Shown here piece after piece: positions 37,401-45,849 of a stretch of 53,063 bases of DNA. The notes beneath the pieces are model-generated. The model worked only from the letters and a program-made list of their open reading frames with translations. It was not told where the DNA came from and did not search any database. The position numbers and the translations under genes are program-made. Source of the DNA: Candidatus Moraniibacteriota bacterium (GTDB lineage: Bacteria > Patescibacteriota > Minisyncoccia > Moranbacterales > DUUL01). The stretch is from the NCBI GenBank assembly GCA_027008775.1, contig JALVDV010000011.1:1-53063 (forward strand), read 5' to 3'. Within the stretch, counting starts at the first letter, position 1. Every line of letters starts with the position of its first letter.

Positions 37401-37526
37401 CAAAAAGGCATGCTTTCTTTGAGTCAGGATGGAGTTCTCAGGGTGGTGGAAGGAATTACCACTTTGGAAGAAATCTCCAGAGTTTCCGAAGAGGTTTACC
37501 TGGAAGACTCAAAGAAAGATAATTAA
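34407..37526 (+). CDS. tandem-duplicated GspE/PilB-family secretion ATPase (T2SSE_N domain plus two complete ATPase modules in one polypeptide)
   Basis: 1039-aa ORF. Module 1 (aa ~190-580) has GPTGSGKTTT, SIEDPIEY, DPDVILVGEIRD, TGHLVLTTVHAN and CPYC...CLKC. Module 2 (aa ~635-1030) has GPTGSGKTTT, TVEDPIEY, NPDIIMIGEIRD, TGHLVLSTLHTN and CPYC...CPHC. Confidence 0.85.
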   Translation: MSEQEENGQEKTRQSEKQSHSGNEEKASYQSRYGDLSATLRKLRKIKRASEEEEAAYYAKELNLPYLDLNIFPISPNDIDIIPEEEARRAHVVVIRRLDRELMLGALDPTKKEVQKIIRRLSEKEGFQVRVFVVSQSSLEEAWENYKKKNLVDVFDYLRLQLKGEDLEKFENDIKDIMDLGKRIREISTTKLLDIIIAGAIKLDASDIHLEPEKDGVTVRYRIDGVLHKVTTLPSDVYPHIVSRIKILSKMLLNVHDVPQDGRFSISISGEDKLDVRASVLPGNYGENIVLRLLNRDISQFNLEKLGLTGKNYEWLLKEVQKKQGMIINSGPTGSGKTTTLYALINKINSEDKKIISIEDPIEYQVPGVRQTQVDRERGYTFASGLRSIVRQDPDVILVGEIRDDETAAIAIDAALTGHLVLTTVHANTSAGVVSRLFDLSIKPDSIASAVNVIIAQRLVRTLCPYCKEKYKPAPETVDNLKKMLSLISPKAQIEIPREIKYLWKAKGCLKCKGFGYKGRVGIFEVMPIDRKIKKLIEAMASADEIRQAALENGLITYEQDGILKAIAGQTSLAEVQRVAGRGDYLLKLYEQIVIQTLARGIEISGKIIRAVERIKGNYQALKQLVQEADSRDKIKYILATGLVLQAGDIHIEPGENTFKIRYRIDGILHNLVELPMSEFLTVLNEIKSLLGVEIEKREGVLDGRFRIVLSKRNKEFKPENIDVRVSIILGGFGDIVVMRLLNQKTQNIDLDKLGLRKYNVQKLKRNIFKPDGIVLNTGPTGSGKTTTLYSALKAIYKPELKIITVEDPIEYRLDGIIQTQVNEKEGYTFSTALRSLLRQNPDIIMIGEIRDEETAQIAYQAALTGHLVLSTLHTNNAAGSVRRLVNMGVNLDDVASGSNCFMAQRLVRKLCPYCKKETKPSPAERELIEKIISSISPLTKIKIPKLEKIYQPVGCPHCNHLGYQGQLPISEVLEVDEEMEKFITTDPTTSELYEKAIQKGMLSLSQDGVLRVVEGITTLEEISRVSEEVYLEDSKKDN

Positions 37527-37540
37527 AAAAATACTTAAAA

Positions 37541-37960
37541 ATGTCAGCGGAAAATGAACAGTTTTTCAGCTTAGTTACAGCCATTCTTTTATTTGGTTTA
37601 GCTGTCACCATTTTTACCGTATTTTTCAGAAATCCTTACCGGAATTTTCAAAGCAAACCTGTTTTTTCCAATCAATCCAGCCAAAATGTGAGCATAACCA
37701 GCCTGTCACTTTTTTATTCGGGGGTTTTTCTCATTTGTTTTGCCTTATTCAGCGCTGTATTATTTTGGTTGAAAGTAAAGAGAAAAAGGTCGTCAGACCG
37801 ATATCTGTTGGCGCTTACTTCTCTGCGTCAAGCCTCCCTGCTGGCGCTATTTGTAATTTGCCTTCTTATTTTTCAGAGTTGGCGTATCTTGGTCTGGTGG
37901 GACGCTCTGCTCCTTGCTTTAGCGCTTCTGTTGATTGAATTCTACTTCTTTCTCAAGTAA
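37541..37960 (+). CDS. hypothetical 4-TM membrane protein
   Basis: 139-aa hydrophobic ORF starting 14 nt after the ATPase stop. Confidence 0.55.
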   Translation: MSAENEQFFSLVTAILLFGLAVTIFTVFFRNPYRNFQSKPVFSNQSSQNVSITSLSLFYSGVFLICFALFSAVLFWLKVKRKRSSDRYLLALTSLRQASLLALFVICLLIFQSWRILVWWDALLLALALLLIEFYFFLK

Positions 37961-38192
37961 AGATTCAAGTTAAGAATTCCACTCGCAATTATCCCGGGCA
38001 AGTAAACTGACCGGAAAAATTTACCACTGTCTCCAAATTAATTATTACACTGAAACAACCGGAACCATCTTTCAATGTAATTAAAATTCTTGCTTACAAA
38101 AACAACAATACTCACATGAAACAATTCGTCATTGTTGTTGTCAGTCTTGTTAACAAACTCCACAAGCAATTTTTTCCAAAGAACAAAAACAT

Positions 38193-38224
38193 CCATTATG
38201 ATATCATCAATAATATCATAATAA
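38193..38224. repeat. 32-bp AT-rich palindrome, copy A (29/32 identical to copy B)
   Basis: ccattatgatatcat-ca-ataatatcataataa, in the 640-bp spacer upstream of comEC. Confidence 0.9.
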
Positions 38225-38602
38225 AAACAATATTGATACGAGGATGGACGGTTCCAAATTTGGCCTCTAGCATTTTTAGTAACAACATCTAATAACACAA
38301 CATTCGGGCACAAGTAAACAACACTCGGGCACAAAACAGAATCTTACTGCCAATTTTGGAATTTCTGATCATAACTAGCTTAACTGAGTAATCGGTTAAC
38401 CAAACATAACACTCATCAATTACATCAAGTGCCGGACTGCTTATCATCCTAACTATAAAGCTTCCACAAATTTTCCGTCCGCAAAATTTTTATGAAAACG
38501 AAAATACTTTCAATTGCTCAAGGAATAGTTGTTTTAGTACATCCTCTTTATTTTTATTTTTAAATATGATATCTTGGGCGACTAAACAGTCATCCTTTTA
38601 AA

Positions 38603-40258
38603 GTGTCGCCAAAGAAAAAGAAACAATCAATCTTGGGAAAAATTTTCCAAAGAATTAAAAATTGCCTCACTCCTCATTGGAATATTGCCAACGGTTTCTC
38701 CTCTTTCTTGGTTGGTTTTCTAGTGGGAACAGCTTTAATTACCGGCACAGAGGTTAAATTTCATCAACTTATATCACTGGCAGTGCTGTCGCTACTATTG
38801 TTTGTCGGCATTATTCTTTACTTCTCCTCATCCCCTCACTTCAAAATTTATTTTTTATTCTTCCTTCTTCTGGGGACGAGTCTTGCTGTTTGGCGCGCGG
38901 AAAAAATTTATCAGAACAGTCAAGGCTGGTTGCCCGGTCAATACCAAGGAGTGGCGGAACTAAGCGGACTTCCAGAAGAACAAAGTCATTTCCGCCGGGT
39001 CTATTTCCAAATAATCGGCTTACAAGAAAAGCGGGGCAGACTGCAAAAAGAAAAAGAAAGGATATTGACTTTTCTGCCCCAGCGACAAAATTTGCGATTT
39101 GGAGAAAAATATTTTCTGCAATGTCAGCTGGAAAATCCCAACAGTAATTTCTTCGGCTTCAACTACCAAAAATATCTGGCCGGCAAAAAAGTTTACCAAA
39201 TTTGTCGACATAGCAAAGTGAAAACAATGCCAAAACAAACAATCTCCTTCAAGAGAAAGACTTTGCAATTTTATTGGCAAAAAAGCAAGAACAAACTTTT
39301 TAATTTAATTTATCAGCTCAACCAAATTTTGGCAGAGAAAATAAACATCCTTTTTCCTCCTCCGCAAAATGCCTATCTGGCCGGCCTTCTGTTGGGAGGA
39401 AGCAATAGACTGCCAGCTGATTTATTGGATGATTTCAAGAGAACCGGAACCATTCACACTGTCGCTGTTTCCGGTTTCAACATCACCATTATTGCCGGGG
39501 CGGTTATGTGGCTGCTGATTGCTCTGGGTTTTTGGCGAAAACAAGCTTTTTGGTTTGCCGTTCTGGCCTTGTTTTTATTTATAGCGATGATTGGCTTTCC
39601 TCCTTCCGGGGTTAGGGCCGGCATTATGGGTATAATTTTACTTTATGCTTTGCAAGAAGGAGAACTGGTTAGTTCTTTGCGAGTTATTCTTTTTACCGGC
39701 GCCCTGATGGTGTTTTTCTCACCCTTCATCCTCCTTTACGATGTCGGCTTTCAACTTTCTTTTTTGGCCACTATGGGAATAATTTTGTTATATGACCCTT
39801 TACAAAAATATCTTCAAAAAATAATTGGCTTGAAAAGAGATTTCTTGCAATTAATTTCCGGTATTTCCCTAACTCTCTCTGCCCAATTGGGCGTTCTTGG
39901 AATTTTATTGTACACTTTTCACAGTTTTTCTTTTATTTCCATTCTGGTCAATCTGCTTATTTTACCGGCTATTCCCTTAATTATGTTGGGAGGCGTCCTG
40001 ACTATTTTCATTTCCACTTTGGACTCTTTCTTGCATCTAAACAATATTTTAAGCTTACTTTTCGCCCTACCCACCGATTGGTTGTTGCAGATGGAGATTT
40101 TTATCATTCATAAATTAGCGCAAATTCCCGGAGCCTTCTGGCAATTCTCTCATTTTCCACCCCAGTTATTGATAGGTTACTATTTAGGTCTGGGATTAAT
40201 CTTGGTTTTCATTTATTGCCGGCGACTACACAACAGACAACGGGACGAATCTCAATAA
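38603..40258 (+). CDS. comEC: ComEC/Rec2 DNA internalisation channel (DUF4131 plus Competence domains, lacking the beta-lactamase domain)
   Basis: 551-aa polytopic ORF with a GTG start. RTGTIHTVAVSGFNITII and GFQLSFLAT are Competence-domain motifs. Confidence 0.85.
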   Translation: MSPKKKKQSILGKIFQRIKNCLTPHWNIANGFSSFLVGFLVGTALITGTEVKFHQLISLAVLSLLLFVGIILYFSSSPHFKIYFLFFLLLGTSLAVWRAEKIYQNSQGWLPGQYQGVAELSGLPEEQSHFRRVYFQIIGLQEKRGRLQKEKERILTFLPQRQNLRFGEKYFLQCQLENPNSNFFGFNYQKYLAGKKVYQICRHSKVKTMPKQTISFKRKTLQFYWQKSKNKLFNLIYQLNQILAEKINILFPPPQNAYLAGLLLGGSNRLPADLLDDFKRTGTIHTVAVSGFNITIIAGAVMWLLIALGFWRKQAFWFAVLALFLFIAMIGFPPSGVRAGIMGIILLYALQEGELVSSLRVILFTGALMVFFSPFILLYDVGFQLSFLATMGIILLYDPLQKYLQKIIGLKRDFLQLISGISLTLSAQLGVLGILLYTFHSFSFISILVNLLILPAIPLIMLGGVLTIFISTLDSFLHLNNILSLLFALPTDWLLQMEIFIIHKLAQIPGAFWQFSHFPPQLLIGYYLGLGLILVFIYCRRLHNRQRDESQ

Positions 40259-40288
40259 AGTTTTATTTTACCCATTTAATAATTTTTT

Positions 40289-41146
40289 ATGCCACTTAGT
40301 TTAGAAAAAATCTCTTTAACCACACTTTTTCTTTTTTCAATTCTTCTCGGTTTTTTCTTTTTAGCAGAAAGAAAAGAAGAACAGTGGCCACTGGTTGTTT
40401 CTTTTTTGGACGTGGGACAGGGAGATGCTATTTTGATAAATTATCAAAACAAATATCAAATCTTAATTGACGGCGGACCCGATGAAAGGAAACTTATGAG
40501 AGAATTAGCAAAGACTATGCCCTTGGGCGATCATCAAATAGAAATTATCATCAGCACTCATCCGGACAGAGATCATTTTGTCGGATTATTGGCAGTTGCG
40601 AAGAAGTATCATTCCCAAGCATTTTTTTACAATGGCCAGAGGACAAATGACGAACTCTGGCAAGAACTGAGACAAGTTTTAGAACGCCAAAGAGTTTCAC
40701 AATATATTCTTCTGGAAGGGTCAAGTCTAAAAATCGGACAAGACTTTTTGCTGAATTTTTTCAATCCCGATAAAGTTGACAAAGGTTTGCAGGCTAAAAA
40801 TAAAAATTCCATTGTAGCCAGACTTGACTACAAACAAAACAGCTTTCTTTTTACCGGAGATGCCGACTATGATGCTGAGGCCGATATGATTTTTGATAAA
40901 GAAAACATTGATGATATTGACTGGTTGAAAGTTGGTCACCACGGGTCTCAGACATCCACTTCCGATTTTTTTCTGGCTCGCGTTAAACCAAAAAACGCAA
41001 TTATTTCCGTCGGCAAAAACAATTATGGTCATCCCAATCCGGAAGTCTTGGAGAAATTGACCAAAGTCGGAGCTCATATTTTTCGCACAGACAAGATGGG
41101 CACTGTCAGTATTTTCTGCCGTCAAAAATGCTTTGCAACCAAATAA
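40289..41146 (+). CDS. ComEC-type metallo-beta-lactamase domain protein encoded as a separate ORF
   Basis: 285 aa with an N-terminal TM, then FLDVGQGDAILI, STHPDRDHFVGL, FTGDA and VGHHGS, as in the C-terminal domain of full-length ComEC. Confidence 0.85.
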   Translation: MPLSLEKISLTTLFLFSILLGFFFLAERKEEQWPLVVSFLDVGQGDAILINYQNKYQILIDGGPDERKLMRELAKTMPLGDHQIEIIISTHPDRDHFVGLLAVAKKYHSQAFFYNGQRTNDELWQELRQVLERQRVSQYILLEGSSLKIGQDFLLNFFNPDKVDKGLQAKNKNSIVARLDYKQNSFLFTGDADYDAEADMIFDKENIDDIDWLKVGHHGSQTSTSDFFLARVKPKNAIISVGKNNYGHPNPEVLEKLTKVGAHIFRTDKMGTVSIFCRQKCFATK

Positions 41147-41201
41147 AAAAGCCGGGATTCCTCCGATTCTCCCGACTGTCCTAGCCTTTTTAGTTTCAAC
41201 C

Positions 41202-41840
41202 CTATTTTTCAAAAACAAAAAACTTATAACCGACAAAATTCCACAACAAGACCGCTACCGCGCCAACCATTGCCGAAATAGCTGCCCAAGTTTTGGCGTC
41301 AACGGTAGCAAAATGATAATAATTGAAAAGCCCGGCTACGGTAGCGTTTAAAGCCATTCCCACCAAACTGACAGACAAGAACTTTCCAAACTCTTTGGTC
41401 ATTGCCCGGGTGTCCTTATCATTGAAAGACCAAAATTTATTCCAGAGGTAACTGTTAATAGTGGCCAAGGAAAAAGAAATAACTTTAAAGGTAACAAAAT
41501 AAGTATTGGGAATAGCGGAGGCATCTCTGAAAAAGAGAGTTACCAACAAAGATAAAACTCCAATGTCCAAAGCAAAGTTAGCCGCCCCGGTGGCTCCAAA
41601 TTTGGCTAATTGGAAAAAAAATGGCTTTACCTTACCTAAAAGAAAACCGACATAAACGCCAAAAATCGCCAAAACGATAAAAAAAACAACCACCAGGAAA
41701 TAATTCATCGCCAGCTCAACATTGAAAGTTCTTAACACCACCGGCAGAAGCAAACCAAAAAAAGCACCATTTATCCCGGCAAAGAAAAAATCCTTCCAGG
41801 TAAGAGTAAGAGGATGATTTTTCGCCATTTCCCTATTCAT
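41202..41840 (-). CDS. GtrA-family membrane protein
   Basis: 212 aa. The C-terminal half (FGATGAANFALDIGVLSLLV ... NFVGYKFFVF) matches the GtrA-like 4-TM pattern, and there are extra N-terminal TMs. Confidence 0.75.
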   Translation of the reverse strand: MNREMAKNHPLTLTWKDFFFAGINGAFFGLLLPVVLRTFNVELAMNYFLVVVFFIVLAIFGVYVGFLLGKVKPFFFQLAKFGATGAANFALDIGVLSLLVTLFFRDASAIPNTYFVTFKVISFSLATINSYLWNKFWSFNDKDTRAMTKEFGKFLSVSLVGMALNATVAGLFNYYHFATVDAKTWAAISAMVGAVAVLLWNFVGYKFFVFEK

Positions 41841-42735
41841 TAGCTACGATACCAATTTCTTTTTTTAATTTCTCCACATCAGAATCCCATTCGTCCAAAA
41901 TAGCCGATTTTCCGGTCTTCCTTTCTTCAAAAGATACTTGCTCTCCACTGGACCTGACTTCCGTTTCAGAATGCTCCACTGTCATCGGGGAACCGGAAAT
42001 ATATTCGCCTTCATTTCTATTCTCTTCCTCTTTTTCTTCTTTGTTTGTTTCACTTTCTGCCGGCTGATTTCCATTTTTTCCCGGTTGAGAAAACTTGTCA
42101 CCGGAAATCTTTTTTTCGCTGCTGGTAACATCCTTTTCACTACCAACAACTTCCGGAGTTTCCGCTCCTTTTTGCAGAACATTTTCTATGGCACCCCAAA
42201 CACTATCAACATCCCGAGGTACCACCAATGTTACTTCATCCCCCGGTTCCAATTTGAAGTAAGTGGCCGCCGCCAACAAAACTTTGTAGGTTTTTTGTGG
42301 AGTTTTAACCACAAAATTGCCTTTATCATCTTTGGCAACAATGCCAATCAAATAATTTCTCTGCACCGGACCAACTTGCTTGTAAACAAACTTGTTATCC
42401 GGCGTAATATTCAACTTTAACCTGTCTCCTTCAACCAGCTTCGATTTGGAAGCGTAATTGGCCGGAACGGGATATTGTCTTCCGTCTTCTCCCACCATCA
42501 CCTGGCCATCAAAATGTCCATAAACAACTTGACCTTCTTCCTTTTTTTCTTGAGTATCCTCAATGGGCATTTGCTCCGGAGTCTCACCTTGCAAAGCCGA
42601 CAAGAGCTGAGTGGCTGAGCTAATGGTATCTTGAGCATTTTTAATAATCTCTCGCAATTCCTCTATCTTTTTTTTCTTTTCCTCTTCGGTCAAATCCAAA
42701 TCCTTGCCTAAATTATCGTTTTGAAAATCAGTCAT
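41833..42735 (-). CDS. hypothetical acidic protein
   Basis: The ORF overlaps the GtrA start by 8 nt. The ATG at 42735, preceded by SD GGGAGA, is preferred over the upstream TTG at 42759. No recognisable domain. Confidence 0.55.
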   Translation of the reverse strand: MTDFQNDNLGKDLDLTEEEKKKKIEELREIIKNAQDTISSATQLLSALQGETPEQMPIEDTQEKKEEGQVVYGHFDGQVMVGEDGRQYPVPANYASKSKLVEGDRLKLNITPDNKFVYKQVGPVQRNYLIGIVAKDDKGNFVVKTPQKTYKVLLAAATYFKLEPGDEVTLVVPRDVDSVWGAIENVLQKGAETPEVVGSEKDVTSSEKKISGDKFSQPGKNGNQPAESETNKEEKEEENRNEGEYISGSPMTVEHSETEVRSSGEQVSFEERKTGKSAILDEWDSDVEKLKKEIGIVANE

Positions 42736-43047
42736 CTTTTTATCTCCCGCCCCAGACAAAGCAGTTGGCGGGAATTTTATTATTTTTTATTATTTTTTTG
42801 TATTTATCTTATTGTTCGAAAGCAGCACAAAAACCCCCTGAACAAAAGCTACAAATCAACTACCATCATAATAACCTACTTTAAAAAATTTGGCAAGAAC
42901 CCTTAAAAAATCCCCAGGCGGAGTGATTAGTAATAAAATATTTTCACTTTCCCAACAATAAAGACAATGTACTCGGTGGACTTTTCGCGGCCTTTGCATT
43001 ATTATGATAATTGACATCTTTAAAAAGGTTAACTTTAAATATATAAA

Positions 43048-44154
43048 ATGAGCAAAGATTATTATGAAATTCTAGGAGTTTCTCGTGACGCCTCGGAGGA
43101 AGAAATTAAAAAAGCTTATCGTAAGCTGGCACACAAATATCACCCGGACAAGGAAAGTGGTGACGAAGAAAAATTCAAAGAGATTAACGCCGCCTATCAA
43201 GTCTTGTCTGACAAAGAGAAAAGACGACAATATGACCAGTTTGGGGAAAATTTTGAGCAAGCCGGTGGCGCCGGTGGCTTTGGCGGTTTTAGCGGTTTCG
43301 GCGATTTTGGTCAAAGCGGAGGTGGCAGTTGGGATTTCAACTTCAGTAGCGGCGGCGGAGGGTTTGAAGATATTTTTGCCGACATTTTCGGACAAAGCGG
43401 TTTTGGACGCTCTGCCCAAGCTAGAGAAAGCAAAGGCTCGGATATAGCCGTTGATGTAACAATTTCCTTTATGGAAATGGCTTTGGGCACAAAAAAGAAA
43501 ATTGAGCTCTATAAAAAAACAGAATGCCCCGCTTGTCACGGCACCGGAGCCAAAGACGGAGAGCTGGAAACCTGTCCCCGTTGTCATGGTCGAGGAACGA
43601 TAGTTAAAAATATCAGAACAATTTTCGGAACCGTTCAACAAAGCATTACCTGTGACCGATGTCTAGGCAAGGGCAAGGTGCCAAAGGTAAAGTGTTCTGA
43701 GTGTGGCGGGGACGGTTATGTCAGACGCTATGAAACAATAGAAATAGATATTCCCGCCGGTGTTGAAGATGGCCAAACAATTAAAATTCCCGGTAAGGGT
43801 GAATATCCTCGCGGTGGCGGTCAGCCCGGCGATCTTTATGTTACCATTCACGTTCAAGAAGACAGCCGTTTTGAAAGAGAGGGTAACAATATAATTTCTT
43901 TTGCGACTATTAAGTTTTCCCAAGCAGCCCTGGGAGATGTTATTGCAGTGGAAACGGTTCACGGTCCGACCAAAATAAAAATTCCCGCCGGTACCCAACC
44001 GGGAGACATTCTCAGAATTAAAGGCAAGGGCATCCAACGAGATGGCTATTTTGGCAAGGGAGACCATTTGGTCAAAATAAAAGTTGAAGTACCAACCAAA
44101 CTTGACAGTAAACAAAAGAAACTGATTCAAGAATTACGCGAGAATGGACTTTAA
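43048..44154 (+). CDS. dnaJ: molecular chaperone DnaJ
   Basis: J domain with HPD (YHPDKE), a G/F-rich linker, and four CxxCxGxG zinc-finger repeats. Confidence 0.95.
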   Translation: MSKDYYEILGVSRDASEEEIKKAYRKLAHKYHPDKESGDEEKFKEINAAYQVLSDKEKRRQYDQFGENFEQAGGAGGFGGFSGFGDFGQSGGGSWDFNFSSGGGGFEDIFADIFGQSGFGRSAQARESKGSDIAVDVTISFMEMALGTKKKIELYKKTECPACHGTGAKDGELETCPRCHGRGTIVKNIRTIFGTVQQSITCDRCLGKGKVPKVKCSECGGDGYVRRYETIEIDIPAGVEDGQTIKIPGKGEYPRGGGQPGDLYVTIHVQEDSRFEREGNNIISFATIKFSQAALGDVIAVETVHGPTKIKIPAGTQPGDILRIKGKGIQRDGYFGKGDHLVKIKVEVPTKLDSKQKKLIQELRENGL

Positions 44155-44221
44155 TGTTCAAAAAATTCCACTGCCACCAAAGAGAAATCCGGGCAGTTTG
44201 AGTTATTTCAATTTTGTCACG

Positions 44222-45307
44222 CTACAACCGAATAAATTTTCCGCCGCCAACATTCTTAGCTAGGCCCTTGATTTCCAAAAAAGACACTTTCTCCGCCACT
44301 GTGGCCGAATCCAAGCCGGAAGATTTAATCAACTGTTCCAAGCTAATTGGCTCCCCGGATAGTTTGCTGTAAATCTTCTCTTCCACTTCATCTTCAAACT
44401 CAAGATTTTTATCCTCTTTCTGCCGGGAGGAACTTTGTTTAACAAAAAAATTAAAACTCTCCAAAATATCTCCGGCGCCGGTTACCAACTGAGCGCCTTG
44501 TTTTAAAAGATGGTGAGTGCCAATTGATTTGTCGGAAAAAATACTGCCGGGCACGGCAAATAATTCTCTATTTTGTTCCAAGGCGTAATTGGCGGTAATG
44601 GATGTTCCGCTTTTCAGTCCCGCCTCAACCACTAGCACGCCCAAGGAAAGCCCACTGACAATGCGGTTACGCGCCGGAAAAGTGTAATTACTGGCCGGCT
44701 GAAAAGGGTGATACTCTGAAACAACCAAGCCACCCTTAGCCACAATTTCTGAGATAAGTTTTTGCTGATAAGAATTTTTTTGCGCTTCAGCCAATCCCAT
44801 TCCTAAAACAGCCACCGTGAAGCCGTTGGCTTGCAGACAAGCTTGATGAGCCAAGCTGTCTATACCCTGAGCCAAACCGCTGGTGATTACCAAGCCGGCT
44901 TGCACCAGTTCCGGCACAATTTTATTCACCACCATTCGCCCGTATTCAGTAAACCTCCTGGCGCCTATCACAGCCAGTTGTTTTCGTTGCAGTAATTCCA
45001 AGTTTCCCAAATAGAACAAAAGAAAAGGCGGAGAGGCGATTTCTTGCAGTAATTTTGGATAAACAGAATCTTCAACGGTGATAAATTTAAGACCGCTTTT
45101 TTGCAATTTCAACCACTGCTTTTCCAAATTTATTTTTTCACGCTCCTTAACTATTCTTTGGACTGATTTTTCTCTTAGTCCGGCTTGAACAAGTTGATCG
45201 GCAGAGGCTTGCCAAGCTTTTTGCCAATCCTCAAAATATTCCGCCAATTTCCTAAATCCGACCGGACCCAGTTCCAACAAGCTGAAACCGTATAAATATT
45301 TTTGCAT
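44222..45307 (-). CDS. dprA: DNA processing protein DprA
   Basis: Rossmann-like DprA core (AVIGARRFTEYG, GLAQGIDSLAHQ, FPARNRIVSGLS, VVEAGLKSGTSITA) and a C-terminal winged-helix-like tail. The ATG at 45307 is preferred; the longest ORF starts at the TTG at 45346. Confidence 0.9.
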   Translation of the reverse strand: MQKYLYGFSLLELGPVGFRKLAEYFEDWQKAWQASADQLVQAGLREKSVQRIVKEREKINLEKQWLKLQKSGLKFITVEDSVYPKLLQEIASPPFLLFYLGNLELLQRKQLAVIGARRFTEYGRMVVNKIVPELVQAGLVITSGLAQGIDSLAHQACLQANGFTVAVLGMGLAEAQKNSYQQKLISEIVAKGGLVVSEYHPFQPASNYTFPARNRIVSGLSLGVLVVEAGLKSGTSITANYALEQNRELFAVPGSIFSDKSIGTHHLLKQGAQLVTGAGDILESFNFFVKQSSSRQKEDKNLEFEDEVEEKIYSKLSGEPISLEQLIKSSGLDSATVAEKVSFLEIKGLAKNVGGGKFIRL

Positions 45308-45400
45308 TTTTTCTGAAGTGACCACAAGGAGAAATATATCTGACAAACTAAAGCCTAGAGCACTTTTCCCCGACTGTCAATCAGAAAGAACCATTTGCCC

Positions 45401-45429
45401 TTGACAAAAAGTTAAAAATATCTTAGAAT
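45401..45429 (+). promoter_or_regulatory. promoter of the DUF192-flp pair
   Basis: TTGACA (45401-45406), 17-nt spacer, TAGAAT (45424-45429). Confidence 0.55.
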
Positions 45430-45457
45430 GACACGTTAACTTAATAAATGTTAACAA

Positions 45458-45838
45458 ATGGTTCCTAAAAAAGTGAAATCGGAAAAAAGGAAGATGAAAG
45501 AAGTGAAATTAATAGCCGGGTCCCAAAAATTTAAACTGGAAGTTAAAAAGAGTTTTTGGGGAAAATTGAGAGGTTTGTTAGGGAAGAATAATTTACCGAC
45601 CAATCAAGGTATACTTTTAGTTAATTGTCGGCAGATTCACACCCTGGGAATGAAATTTCCTCTGGATATAGTTGTTTTGAATAAAGAACTGAGAGTACTT
45701 GATTTCAAAGACAATTTTTCCCGAAATAGAATTGGTCGTTATTATCGGCAAGGATATTATATCATCGAGCTCCCCGTTGACTCTCGGCACAAAAATTTGT
45801 TTACCAAGAATAAAAAAGTCAAAATGTTAATTAATTAA
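45458..45838 (+). CDS. DUF192 domain protein
   Basis: 126 aa. LRGLLGKNNLPTNQGILLVNCRQIHTLGMKFPLDIVVLN matches the DUF192 pattern. Confidence 0.7.
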   Translation: MVPKKVKSEKRKMKEVKLIAGSQKFKLEVKKSFWGKLRGLLGKNNLPTNQGILLVNCRQIHTLGMKFPLDIVVLNKELRVLDFKDNFSRNRIGRYYRQGYYIIELPVDSRHKNLFTKNKKVKMLIN

Positions 45839-45849
45839 CTTCATAACCT

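Noticed and set aside
38038-38334. 98-aa minus-strand ORF spanning palindrome copy A.
   Set aside because: It has a TTG start and no SD. Its sequence is generated by the CGGGCAC repeats and the palindrome (MCPSVVYLCPNVV..., DIIDDIIMD). The composition is unlike the other proteins here.
42760-43047. A CIRCE/HrcA operator upstream of dnaJ.
   Set aside because: No TTAGCACTC-N9-GAGTGCTAA-like inverted repeat is visible in the spacer.
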